DNA of 64,000 nucleotides from an uncultured Clostridia bacterium (GTDB lineage Bacteria > Bacillota > Clostridia > Christensenellales > Borkfalkiaceae): contig CANQBW010000001.1 in the NCBI GenBank assembly GCA_947589565.1, forward strand, positions 48,687 to 112,686, in the 5' to 3' direction. A program made the translations under genes and the position numbers. The notes below the pieces were generated by a model. It had not been told where the DNA came from and ran no database searches. It saw nothing but the letters and a program-made list of their open reading frames with translations. Of the stretch, positions 1 through 8,443 are shown in pieces (the stretch's first letter is position 1; every line of letters begins with the position of its first letter).

Positions 1-787
1 CGGCCGCATAGCGCGGCAGAACGTTAAGGTAAGAAAGAGGCGGCTCCGAAAAGAGGACATCCCCCTCGGGCGGCGTTCCGAAGCAGCGGGCATAGGCGAA
101 CATCGCCCGCGGCGCGGCGTTATTGAACCAGCCGCAGTCGACAATTTCCTCGGGCTCACATGCCCCCATGAAGTGCCAGCCGTCCGAAAAGAGCACTTCC
201 ACCCAGGCATGATTGTCGTCGCAATGCGACCAGAGGGGCGCATAGACCTGTCTTGCGGGGATCCCGACCGCCCGAAGCGCATTGACCGCAAAGACGGACT
301 CCTCCCCGCATCTTCCCGTTGCGGAGAGATATGCGGAGAGCGCGGAGCGCGTCCTCTCGTCGCTGCCGTGATAGGAGACGTGCTCGGCGCAGAACTCGTT
401 GACGGCGAGGGCGGCATTTTCCAAGGAAAGTCCCTCGAGTCTCTCCTCTAAAAGGGAGAAAAAGAGTTCGCGGCAGTCGGAGAGCGCCTCGTCGTTGACG
501 CGCGGGTGCAGAACATAGGACAAAAAGACCCGCTCGGGCAAATCTTTGGCAAAGGGAGAATGTTCCCGCAAATAGAGCCCGTGCTCTGCGAACTTCAAAA
601 AGAGGGAAAAGTCGTACCTTCCCCAATCGGCTGCGGGACTGTTTGCATAGAGCCACTTGAGAAGGAATTGAAGTTCCCCCCTCTGCGCTTCGATTTGAGA
701 GGAAATTTCCAAGAAAAGTCCCTCTCCGACCTTGGATTTGCAGCCCGCAAATTCTTCTGTTGTCTTTGTGATGAGTGTTGAAGTCAT
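1..787 (-). CDS. transglutaminase-like (Cys-His-Asp core) domain protein; 3' end runs off the window
   Basis: Absent from the ORF track because there is no stop inside the window. Manual minus-strand translation from ATG 787 gives MTSTLITKTTEEF...SATGRCGEESVFAVNALRAVGIPARQVYAPLWSHCDDNHAWVEVLFSDGWHFMGACEPEE. The Cys (GRCGEES), His (DNHAW) and Asp (SDGW) spacing is the transglutaminase-core signature. Confidence 0.7.
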   Translation of the reverse strand, partial: MTSTLITKTTEEFAGCKSKVGEGLFLEISSQIEAQRGELQFLLKWLYANSPAADWGRYDFSLFLKFAEHGLYLREHSPFAKDLPERVFLSYVLHPRVNDEALSDCRELFFSLLEERLEGLSLENAALAVNEFCAEHVSYHGSDERTRSALSAYLSATGRCGEESVFAVNALRAVGIPARQVYAPLWSHCDDNHAWVEVLFSDGWHFMGACEPEEIVDCGWFNNAAPRAMFAYARCFGTPPEGDVLFSEPPLSYLNVLPRYAA

Positions 788-810
788 AGGTGGTTTTTCT
801 TTTCTATACT

Positions 811-1247
811 TGACAGTGGTAAAAAGCGATGTCATTCCGAGCGTAGTCGACGACGCGCCCATTCTATTGTTTTTCCAAGCGCGGCGCACGAGCCGTAGGC
901 GAAGTATGAATCCCCTTAGCAAGCGACGGGACGTTTTTAAAATCGCTTTACAACATTCTATCGACCGAGGGGATCCATTCGACTTCGCGGCTTAAGCCGC
1001 TCCGCTCAGGATGACAAGTGGAATAACATGTCATTCTGAGCAGGCACCCGCAGGGTGCCGTCGTCGAAGAATCTCGCTTTTTGTTCTAAAATCCCTCGGT
1101 GCGAGCAGGGTTTCCCTGCGCTGCACGACTCAATTAGCCGAGCCTCGGCTTCTTGTTAAACAAGGCGACCGCGAGGACGTGGCATGTGAAGGCGCAAAAG
1201 TCAATTTCCTCGACGATAAATATTGCGCAGCAAGATTTTCGTCGAAA
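811..1247. repeat. modular intergenic repeat block R1 (modules A, B, C-inverted, F hairpin)
   Basis: 831-915 closely matches 18850-18929 and 31981-32065. 1078-1127 matches 17677-17723. 1205-1247 is the terminal hairpin module and directly abuts the cutC stop. Contains the local palindromes GCGGCTTAAGCCGC and CACCCGCAGGGTG. Confidence 0.85.
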
Positions 1248-1988
1248 TTAAAACCCATGTACGATTTTAGAACATTCGGAAAATTCCCCCTCGTCGGTGA
1301 AAAAGAGAGTGTCCTCGCGGACATTCGCAAAGCCCATGTTGACTTCTTCGCGCAAGAATTTCATCTTGCTCTTGATCGGTCTCTTGCAGGAGGCGTGAAA
1401 GACGTTGATCCCGCACGTTTCATGCAGATACACAATATTGCTCCGTCCGATTCCTCCGCCCGCCATGATGTCGAGCTCTTCCCCCGCCCGAAGGACGAGT
1501 TCCTTTAAAAGTCCCGCCCCCTCGCGGGCGGTGGGACGCTGTCCCGAGGTCAGAATGGTGTCAAAGCCGAGCGACTTCGCTGCTTTGAGCGCTTCAAAGG
1601 GGTCTCGGCACTTGTCGAAGGCACGGTGGAGCGTCATCTGTCCCCCTCCCGCGCGCTCACAGACCTGCAATAAAAACTCCCCGTCGAGGTCGCCGTCCTC
1701 CGTCAGGGCGCCGACGACGATTCCGTCCGCCCCGTAGCTGTCAAAGAGCTCGATCTCCCGCAAAATCTGCTCGCGCTCCTTTTTTCCATAGAGAAAATCC
1801 CCGCCGCGGGGCCGAATGAGCACGCGAATGGGGATGGGAAAATCCCTCCTCACCTGTTCGAAGAGGGCGATCGAGGGGGTGACGCCTCCGATTGAGAGCT
1901 GTCCGCACAGTTCGAGCCGGTCCGCGCCGCCCCGTACCGCGGCCGCCGCCGAACGATAGGAATCCACACATGCTTCGATGATCGCCAT
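1248..1988 (-). CDS. cutC: copper homeostasis protein CutC family
   Basis: ORF 1248..2021, with the start moved to ATG 1988 (MAIIEACVDS) behind a GGAGGGG SD. CutC-like blocks present: ADRLELC, IRPRGGDF, HRAFD, ILTSGQ, MAGGGI. Confidence 0.85.
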   Translation of the reverse strand: MAIIEACVDSYRSAAAAVRGGADRLELCGQLSIGGVTPSIALFEQVRRDFPIPIRVLIRPRGGDFLYGKKEREQILREIELFDSYGADGIVVGALTEDGDLDGEFLLQVCERAGGGQMTLHRAFDKCRDPFEALKAAKSLGFDTILTSGQRPTAREGAGLLKELVLRAGEELDIMAGGGIGRSNIVYLHETCGINVFHASCKRPIKSKMKFLREEVNMGFANVREDTLFFTDEGEFSECSKIVHGF

Positions 1989-2050
1989 ATTTTTCCCCTC
2001 CTTTTGACACGATTTTACCACAGCCGAGAAGAGAAGTCAAACGCTCGCGG

Positions 2051-2221
2051 TCAATTTTCCTCCTTTTCCCCTTCCTCCGCCCCCTCTTCGATCATTTCGT
2101 CAAATCCTTTCAGCGCGGCAAAGGGCGCAAACTGCGCCGCCCGCTCGGCGCGGGGCATTCGGGGATGATTCTTCGGCTCATAGTGCGGAAGATTTAAGAT
2201 GTCGTCGTAATTCTTTTCCAT
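2051..2221 (-). CDS. small protein coupled to the Y-family polymerase (possibly YolD-like)
   Basis: A 56-aa ORF below the track cutoff, found by hand: MEKNYDDILNLPHYEPKNHPRMPRAERAAQFAPFAALKGFDEMIEEGAEEGEKEEN. Its ATG shares one base with the polymerase TAA (TAATG). The RAAQFAPFAAL motif resembles small partners of Firmicute Y-family polymerases; this assignment is from memory and tentative. Confidence 0.5.
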   Translation of the reverse strand: MEKNYDDILNLPHYEPKNHPRMPRAERAAQFAPFAALKGFDEMIEEGAEEGEKEEN

Positions 2222-3690
2222 TATTTTTTATGCCCCCCGATCGTATTGTTCCGCTCGATCGCCGTCGCCCCCTCCTCGAGGTCGAGCCCCTTGACAAGAG
2301 AGTTTTTTCCGAACTTCTCTTGAATTTTGAGAACCGTCTCCTGAAGCGCCTGCTCCTTTTGCTCCTTGGCGCTCTCCTTGGGGGAGAGAGAGGTAAAGAT
2401 GTCGAGCTGCCTCGGCGCATTTTCGCCGCGCAGCCTGCAATAGGTGAGGTTGAGTCTTCTCACGGTCAGATCGGGAGAGACGATTTTTTTGTAGAGCTCG
2501 GCTGCGGCTTTTGTGAGTTTTGCAGAGAGCGAAGTGTACTCCCCCACATGTGCGGTGCCGTGCGCATGTTTGGGAATCTCCCTGCCGTATCGGTCGAAGA
2601 CGACCTCTCCCGTGTATTTTTTTCTTCTTGCGGGGTCCTTGAGATTTTCTCGGTCATATCCCACCGTGAGGACGATCTGATCGGTCATAAGTCCCTTCTT
2701 TTCGAGGTCGAGGGCGAGCGAAGTCGCCATTTCTTTTAAGACAAGCAGCCCTTTTTCAAAGGAGTACGGCTCGGAGAGGACCTGTCCCGAGGCGAGCGAA
2801 GTCTCCCGCGGGCGGTATGCCTTGATCTCTGCGATCGTGCAGGGCTCCCACCCCCAGGCGTGGTCGATGAGAAGTTCCGCATTCACCCCGAAGAGGGAAT
2901 AGAGCAGATCTTCGTTTCTCAAAGAACAGCGGGCGACGTCCCCCATGGTCGTCATGCCGCGGGAGAGAAGACGCTTCTGATACCCCTTCCCCACCCGCCA
3001 GAAGTCGGTGATCGGCTCATGCGCCCAGAGGGTCTTTCGATAGGAAAATTCGTCAAGTTCTGCAATGCGTACGCCGTTTTCGTCGGCGGGCACATGTTTT
3101 GCGACGATATCCATCGCCACCTTTGCAAGATAGAGGTTGGGACCGATCCCCGCCGTCGCCGTGATCCCCGTCTTTTGGAAGACCTCGAGTATGATCTTCA
3201 TGGCAAGCTCTTTCGGGGAAATTTTATAGAGGTTGAGATATGCGGTGACGTCAAAGAAGACTTCGTCGATCGAATAGATATGCATGTCCTCGGGCGCGAC
3301 AAACTGACGGTAGATGTCCACGATCTTGGAGGAATATTCAAGGTAGAACGCCATTCTCGGCGGCGCAGCGATGAAATCGAGCTCGAGCGAAGGGTCCTTC
3401 TCCAACTTTTCAAAAATATAGGACTTTCCCGAAAATTTTCCCCCGGGCGCACGGCGGCGGCGAGCGGAATTGATCTCCTTGACCTTCTCCAGAACCTCGA
3501 AGAGGCGGGGTCTTCCGGGGATCCCATACGCCTTGAGGGCGGGAGAGACGGCGAGGCAGATCGTCTTTTCGGTGCGCGACTCGTCCGCGACGACAAGATT
3601 GACCTTTAAAGGGTCAAGCCCCCGTTCGACGCATTCGACGGAGGCATAAAAGGATTTTAAATCGATTGCAAGATAAACTTTGTCCATCAA
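2221..3690 (-). CDS. Y-family DNA polymerase (UmuC/ImpB/DinB superfamily, UvrX/YqjW-like)
   Basis: 489-aa ORF. The N-terminal YLAIDLKSFYASVE is the Y-family catalytic motif (compare DMDAFYASVE in DinB). Length is typical for the family. Confidence 0.85.
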   Translation of the reverse strand: MMDKVYLAIDLKSFYASVECVERGLDPLKVNLVVADESRTEKTICLAVSPALKAYGIPGRPRLFEVLEKVKEINSARRRRAPGGKFSGKSYIFEKLEKDPSLELDFIAAPPRMAFYLEYSSKIVDIYRQFVAPEDMHIYSIDEVFFDVTAYLNLYKISPKELAMKIILEVFQKTGITATAGIGPNLYLAKVAMDIVAKHVPADENGVRIAELDEFSYRKTLWAHEPITDFWRVGKGYQKRLLSRGMTTMGDVARCSLRNEDLLYSLFGVNAELLIDHAWGWEPCTIAEIKAYRPRETSLASGQVLSEPYSFEKGLLVLKEMATSLALDLEKKGLMTDQIVLTVGYDRENLKDPARRKKYTGEVVFDRYGREIPKHAHGTAHVGEYTSLSAKLTKAAAELYKKIVSPDLTVRRLNLTYCRLRGENAPRQLDIFTSLSPKESAKEQKEQALQETVLKIQEKFGKNSLVKGLDLEEGATAIERNNTIGGHKK

Positions 3691-4427
3691 ACATTCTCCG
3701 CGGGCGTTTCCTTTTCCCGCAGAATTTCCGCAACGCGGAAGATCGACTTTGCCTGAGCAGTCACCTTCCCCTTGGAAATGTACAAATCGTCTTTGTTTTT
3801 CTTGTTCAGCACGAGTTTTCCCTCACAGGCGAAGTTGAGGCGAAGGAGAGAAATTTCCTGTCCGCGCTCCTTACAGTGTTCCAAGAAAGGGAGCAGGGAG
3901 GAGAGCAGGAAGGCGTCGATCCAGCCCTCCAAAAGGTCCTTCCAGCCCTCCATCTCGATGATCGATGAGAATCCCTCGAACGCGGGGTCTCCGCGGGAGA
4001 GTTTGAGCTCTTTCAAAAAGAGAACTTTGCCGTTTTCGCCGTAGGAATAGACATGATCGACGGTTACGATCATCTCTTCCCCTTTGAGAAAATTCTCCCA
4101 AGGAATGGGATGTTCCTGCCAGAAGAGCATGACTGCCTTCCTTAGCAGCTTTGCGGACTTTTGGATCATATTTTGCGCAAGGAGCTGAAGGGAGAAGAGG
4201 AAGATGAGGGAAAATACCCCGACTCCCAAAGAGACATAGAAAATGATGTCATAGACGGGGTTTTCCGACCCCTCCGGCTCGAGTTCCGAGGCGACCTCGA
4301 CGATCAGACAGATCACCATCAGAACGATGGAGACGATCGCCAAAGCTGCCGCGATCTTTTTGCGCCTTTTGAATTGATCGACGCGGAATTTTCCGTCGTC
4401 CGATCTCATGTACTCTTCGAACGTCAT
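3687..4427 (-). CDS. hypothetical membrane protein
   Basis: 246-aa ORF whose stop overlaps the polymerase start by 4 nt. Two hydrophobic helices (AAALAIVSIVLMVICLIV, IIFYVSLGVGVFSLIFLFSL) precede a soluble C-terminal domain. No family recognised. Confidence 0.6.
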   Translation of the reverse strand: MTFEEYMRSDDGKFRVDQFKRRKKIAAALAIVSIVLMVICLIVEVASELEPEGSENPVYDIIFYVSLGVGVFSLIFLFSLQLLAQNMIQKSAKLLRKAVMLFWQEHPIPWENFLKGEEMIVTVDHVYSYGENGKVLFLKELKLSRGDPAFEGFSSIIEMEGWKDLLEGWIDAFLLSSLLPFLEHCKERGQEISLLRLNFACEGKLVLNKKNKDDLYISKGKVTAQAKSIFRVAEILREKETPAENV

Positions 4428-4430
4428 AAT

Positions 4431-5171
4431 TTACCCCATGACAAGATTGACTCTGTGCGTCAAGATATGGCGGATCGCAAAGAAACTTCCCACATCGAAC
4501 GCCGCATAGATCCCAATGAGCGTCCACATGACGGCGTGCACATTGTTGACCTGCACGAAGGACATGACCGCGACGTAAGCATAGGACAGCACAAAGGAGA
4601 CGCCGAAGAAGAGCAAGACCGTGACAAGCTTTCTCTTATTCGTGAAGAGCTGTCCGATCGAGAGAATGAGATAGAAATAGAAGAACCCCGACGGGATCGT
4701 GAGAATGCCGTACAAGATAAACTCGAACGTCACGAGCGGGTCTGCAATGAGCAGCTCATAGAGTGCGGGAAAGGCATCTTGAAGAAGTCCCATGATCCCA
4801 AACTCCAGCAGAGGAGTTGCAATGAGAAAACTCACCAAGGAGACGACCGCGCAAGCGGCGGAGACGATGAGTGCGGAGAGAAGTTTCGCCCAGATGAGCT
4901 GCGCGGCAGTCACGGGCAGCGAGAAAGTCAGATACCCCTCCCCCGTAAACATCGACTTATAGAACCGTTCGGCGCTGACGACGACGGGCACAGCGCTCAA
5001 AATGATTGCGCAAAACAGAAAGAGAATATAGAGCAGCACGAAGAGCGGACTCTCCGCGGCGATCGCAAAGGTGATGCGGGTGAGGATCGCAAGCAGCAGA
5101 ATGGCACCCGCAAAGAAGGCGAGCGTGCGAAAGAGTGCGATGAACTCGTGTTTCATGAGTTTTCCTACCAT
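4431..5171 (-). CDS. putative ABC exporter permease (multi-TM)
   Basis: Start moved to ATG 5171 (MVGKLMKHEF) behind GGGAGG; it overlaps the upstream ATPase stop. About six hydrophobic segments. The call rests on position directly after an ABC ATPase. Confidence 0.65.
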   Translation of the reverse strand: MVGKLMKHEFIALFRTLAFFAGAILLLAILTRITFAIAAESPLFVLLYILFLFCAIILSAVPVVVSAERFYKSMFTGEGYLTFSLPVTAAQLIWAKLLSALIVSAACAVVSLVSFLIATPLLEFGIMGLLQDAFPALYELLIADPLVTFEFILYGILTIPSGFFYFYLILSIGQLFTNKRKLVTVLLFFGVSFVLSYAYVAVMSFVQVNNVHAVMWTLIGIYAAFDVGSFFAIRHILTHRVNLVMG

Positions 5172-5863
5172 TTGAATACCTCCCGGAAGAGCGCATCGAT
5201 GCTCTTTCCCTCTTTGACGCGCGTCTCGTCGACGTTGCCGCTCCTGACGACGCAGCCTCTCTCCAAAAAGATGAAGTGAGAGAGGGTGCGCTCGATGTCG
5301 CTGATCAGGTGGGTGCACAGAAAGATGGTCGCCCCCTCGGGTTTGTTGAGCATGATCGTGTCGAGAATAAAATCCCGCGCCGCGGGATCCACGCCCGCGA
5401 TCGGTTCATCCAAGATAAAGAGCTTCGCATTCCTCGACATCGTGCAGATGAGCCCGAGTTTTTCCTGATTGCCCTTCGAAAGGGTCTTGATCTTCTGATT
5501 CGGGCTGACGCCGAGCCGCGAGAGCATGGATTCCGCCCGATTCCGATCGAAATCTTCGAAGAAGTCCGCAAAATACTTGACTTGCTCCTCGACGCGCATC
5601 CACTTGCAGAGGTAATTCGCGTCGGGAAGATAGGCAGTCACAGCCTTCGTCTTCGGTGAGGGCCTCTCCCCGTCGATGAGGATCTCCCCCCGTTCGGGCT
5701 GAAGCATTCCCATAGCGAGCTTTATGAGCGTCGTCTTCCCGCTCCCGTTGGGGCCCAAGAGCCCCACGATCCCGCCCGGCTCCACGGAAAGATCCACGTC
5801 GCAGAGCGCGATCATGGAGCCGTAGCGGAAACACAGTTTTCTACATTCCAAGATAGGTTTCAT
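5165..5863 (-). CDS. ABC transporter ATP-binding protein
   Basis: Start moved to ATG 5863 (MKPILECRKL) behind AAAGGAGGGG. Walker A GPNGSGKT, signature LSKGNQEK, Walker B LFILDEP. The upstream part of the 370-aa track ORF overlaps the next gene. Confidence 0.9.
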   Translation of the reverse strand: MKPILECRKLCFRYGSMIALCDVDLSVEPGGIVGLLGPNGSGKTTLIKLAMGMLQPERGEILIDGERPSPKTKAVTAYLPDANYLCKWMRVEEQVKYFADFFEDFDRNRAESMLSRLGVSPNQKIKTLSKGNQEKLGLICTMSRNAKLFILDEPIAGVDPAARDFILDTIMLNKPEGATIFLCTHLISDIERTLSHFIFLERGCVVRSGNVDETRVKEGKSIDALFREVFKW

Positions 5864-5886
5864 ATTCCCCTCCTTTTGATTTTTTG

Positions 5887-6213
5887 TTATGCGACCACCC
5901 GTTCGATGGGCTTTCCCCCCGCAAGCGCCTCCGCCTTGGGCGAGAACCCGAAGCGGATACGGATCAAAACTTCCTCCCCCTCGAAGGGCGCCCTGAGCAT
6001 ACAGCGGCGGACATTCGTCCCCGAAAACTCGTCGACTAAATTTCCGTCCAGATAGAGTTTGGCGCTTCTGATCTTCACTTCCGCGACGAGAAGTTTTCCG
6101 CGGTACAGCCAGGTGAAGCGCTTCTTCATCAAATTCAGATAGATACAATTTATGAGCGCGATGACAAACAGCACGCCGCCGAAGCCGAGCGGCAAATACA
6201 AGCTCCAATCCAT
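5887..6213 (-). CDS. small hypothetical membrane protein
   Basis: 108-aa ORF with one N-terminal TM helix (LPLGFGGVLFVIALINCIYL). First gene after 30-bp element A, co-oriented with the ABC genes. Confidence 0.5.
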   Translation of the reverse strand: MDWSLYLPLGFGGVLFVIALINCIYLNLMKKRFTWLYRGKLLVAEVKIRSAKLYLDGNLVDEFSGTNVRRCMLRAPFEGEEVLIRIRFGFSPKAEALAGGKPIERVVA

Positions 6214-6234
6214 AATTTATCCTCAATATCCATA

Positions 6235-6264
6235 TGTTATGTCTGACATAATACTTCGCAAAAT
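6235..6264 (-). promoter_or_regulatory. 30-bp palindrome-containing element, copy A (promoter/operator candidate)
   Basis: Minus strand reads ATTTTGCGAAGTATTATGTCAGACATAACA, with core palindrome TATGTCAGACATA. It can be read as TTGCGA-16 nt-TAACAT. Lies 22 nt upstream of the 5887..6213 ORF. Confidence 0.5.
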
Positions 6265-6273
6265 AGCAAAAAA

Positions 6274-6465
6274 TCAATTTTCGCCGTTCGAATCTCCGTG
6301 TTTCCGCTCTTCCTTTGTGCCCTTTCGTCGTCTGACGGACTCGGTGAGCAAAAATTCGATCTGCCCGTTGAGCGAGCGGAAGTCCTCTTCCGCCCAGCGG
6401 GAGAGTTCGGAAAACAGCGTCGGCGAGAGGCGCAATGGTACTTGTTTCTTTTCGTTATCCTTCAT
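6274..6465 (-). CDS. ribbon-helix-helix (Arc/CopG-like) DNA-binding protein
   Basis: 63 aa. KKQVPLRLSPTLFSELSRWAEEDFRSLNGQIEFLL fits the strand-helix-helix pattern of Arc/MetJ/CopG repressors. Confidence 0.6.
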   Translation of the reverse strand: MKDNEKKQVPLRLSPTLFSELSRWAEEDFRSLNGQIEFLLTESVRRRKGTKEERKHGDSNGEN

Positions 6466-6480
6466 GAGCCCTCCTTAAAA

Positions 6481-7608
6481 TTATTTTCCGAACATGATCT
6501 TTTCACTCGACAGCATCCTTGATATGAGCAGTACGAGCAGCGCGGAATAGACGAGATTCAGTCCGAACGCCGCGAGCGTCAACAGAACCGGCGCACCACC
6601 CGCGAGGATCTCTTCCATCACAAACACGCTGTTGAACACGGGCACGACTACCGCCCAGTCCCCCACGTTGGAGACAAAGGACGTGATGAGGGAGAGCACC
6701 ATCATGAGGATCATGACGACGCTCGTAAACGCCGACGCCTCCTTGACGCTCCGCGAGAACGCCGAGACGGTGGAGATCATCGAGACGATCAGGGGCACAA
6801 GCCCCATAATCGAGAGGAAGAGCAGCAGATAGCTGACAAAGCCATAGCTTTGGAAGAAGACGGAGAAGCTGATCCCCATCATTTTCGGCAGCGAGAATGC
6901 GATGCCGAGAAAGCTCGAAGCAGCTCCCAGAGATGCAATGCAGCAGAGGGGCAGAATCTTGCCGAGCGCGATATCCGACCGTCTGACCGAAGTCGCGAGA
7001 ATGGTCGTGAGCGTCCCCCGCTCCTTCTCCCCGGCGACCGATTCGAGTGTCACGCTCATGCACGCCGAGAAGATAAAGGTGACGACGAGCATGGGAAGCA
7101 CGCTCTTCATGATCATCTTGCCCAAGCTCTCCTGGGTGAGGAAGCTGTGCGGCACGATCGAAAATCTCATTCCGCAGGTCTGAAGAACGGAGTTTGCGAG
7201 GGCGTAAAAGGATTCCCCGGTGCCCTCATCGACGTCGCTCGAGGTATAATAGATGTCCACCGTTGCTCCCGCGTCGAACGAGGCGTCGAAATTCTCCGAA
7301 AAGATGAGATAGGCGTTCGCCTCTCCCTTTTCGACCGCATCGATCGCCTCTTCCGAAGAGGAAACCTCGAGAAATTCAATGCTCGAGCCCGTCCCGATCA
7401 CGGTATTTTCGAGGATCGAGACGATCTGCGACTGCCCCGAAAGATAGACTTTGTAGTCATATTTTGCGGGCTCCGTCTCGTGAATGACCTCTCCGAGCAC
7501 GCTGTAGAGCAAAAAGATGAAGAGTCCCGGCATGAGGAGGGTCATGATCAGCCGCGGATCGTGGAAAAAGCGGTGAAATTCCTTCCGCATGAGCGCAGCA
7601 AGTTTCAT
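6481..7608 (-). CDS. ABC-2 type transporter permease (NatB-like architecture)
   Basis: 375 aa with an N-terminal TM, a large loop of about 150 aa, then five TM helices. The start overlaps the upstream ATPase stop by 4 nt. Confidence 0.75.
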   Translation of the reverse strand: MKLAALMRKEFHRFFHDPRLIMTLLMPGLFIFLLYSVLGEVIHETEPAKYDYKVYLSGQSQIVSILENTVIGTGSSIEFLEVSSSEEAIDAVEKGEANAYLIFSENFDASFDAGATVDIYYTSSDVDEGTGESFYALANSVLQTCGMRFSIVPHSFLTQESLGKMIMKSVLPMLVVTFIFSACMSVTLESVAGEKERGTLTTILATSVRRSDIALGKILPLCCIASLGAASSFLGIAFSLPKMMGISFSVFFQSYGFVSYLLLFLSIMGLVPLIVSMISTVSAFSRSVKEASAFTSVVMILMMVLSLITSFVSNVGDWAVVVPVFNSVFVMEEILAGGAPVLLTLAAFGLNLVYSALLVLLISRMLSSEKIMFGK

Positions 7609-8399
7609 AACACGTCCCCCTTGATCCCGTGATAGATTTCAAAAAATTTCTCTTCGAGAGAGAGGTCCCCGCAGAGGTCTTCAAGCGTCCCCTCGGCGAT
7701 CATTCTCCCGTCGATGATGATCCCCGCGCGATCGCAGAGCTTTTCAACGAGCGAAAAGATGTGCGTGGAGAGAAGAATACTCTTCCCCATCGCCTTGAGT
7801 TCAAGCAAGAAGTCAGTGACGACTTTCGCCGTGAGTACATCCAAGCCGTTGGTCGGCTCGTCGAAGATGACGACTTCGGGGTCGTGCACGATGGAGACGA
7901 CGAGGGAAATTTTTTGCGCCATGCCCGTGGAGAGGTCGGCAACGCGCACTTCTGCAAACCTGTCGATCCCGAACCGCGTAAAAAGCTCCTTCTTTCTCGC
8001 TGCGAGCGTAGCTTTGTCCACGCCGTGCATCGCACCGAAGAAATCGAAGAGATAGTCGGGAGTAAAGAATCCCTCTAATTTGAGCTCCCCCGTCATGAAC
8101 CCCATGCAGTCGCGCACCCGCGCGGCCTCTTTGCAGACGGAGTGTCCCATTACGAACGCATCCCCCTCATCCGGTTTGATGAGAGTCGAGAGCATTCGAA
8201 GAGTCGTCGTCTTGCCCGCGCCGTTGGGCCCGAGCAAGCCGTATATTTCGCCGCCGTAAGCGGAAAAAGAGAGTCCGTTTACGGCGACCTTGCGCGTGAG
8301 ATCGGTCTTTTCGATCCTGCGCTGTTTTCGTGAAATCGAGAAGGTTTTCTTGAGATTTTCCGCTCGGACGATCTCTTTTAACCCGTTTATGTCTGACAT
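7605..8399 (-). CDS. ABC transporter ATP-binding protein (NatA-like)
   Basis: Walker A GPNGAGKTT, signature LSTGMAQK, Walker B VIFDEPTNGLD. The track ORF begins at TTG 8411. The first ATG is 8399 (MSDINGLKEI) and lies inside 30-bp element B. Confidence 0.85.
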   Translation of the reverse strand: MSDINGLKEIVRAENLKKTFSISRKQRRIEKTDLTRKVAVNGLSFSAYGGEIYGLLGPNGAGKTTTLRMLSTLIKPDEGDAFVMGHSVCKEAARVRDCMGFMTGELKLEGFFTPDYLFDFFGAMHGVDKATLAARKKELFTRFGIDRFAEVRVADLSTGMAQKISLVVSIVHDPEVVIFDEPTNGLDVLTAKVVTDFLLELKAMGKSILLSTHIFSLVEKLCDRAGIIIDGRMIAEGTLEDLCGDLSLEEKFFEIYHGIKGDVL

Positions 8400-8414
8400 A
8401 GTACCTCGCAAAAG
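8385..8414 (-). promoter_or_regulatory. 30-bp palindrome-containing element, copy B
   Basis: Minus strand reads CTTTTGCGAGGTACTATGTCAGACATAAAC. It overlaps the start codon of the NatA-like ATPase; the ATG of the palindrome is the candidate start. Confidence 0.45.
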
Positions 8415-8443
8415 GGTAATTTTTAATGTATGATCTTAAAAAA

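Noticed and set aside
3691-4460. A LexA/SOS box upstream of the Y-family polymerase cassette.
   Set aside because: I found only an isolated CGAAC half-site near 4418, with no CGAAC-N4-GTTCG dyad.
4161-5279. A 372-aa plus-strand ORF opposite the ABC permease and membrane protein genes. Similar long antisense ORFs occur at 46120..47193, 47283..48503, 49810..50871, 57281..58360, 34363..35436 and 12779..13768.
   Set aside because: All sit opposite well-supported genes, lack SD sequences and known motifs, and have highly charged low-complexity translations.
5864-6277. The N-terminal 138 codons of the 370-aa track ORF 5165..6277.
   Set aside because: It overlaps the separate 108-aa membrane protein ORF in another frame and also the 30-bp element. 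The ABC ATPase domain starts at ATG 5863 with a strong SD.
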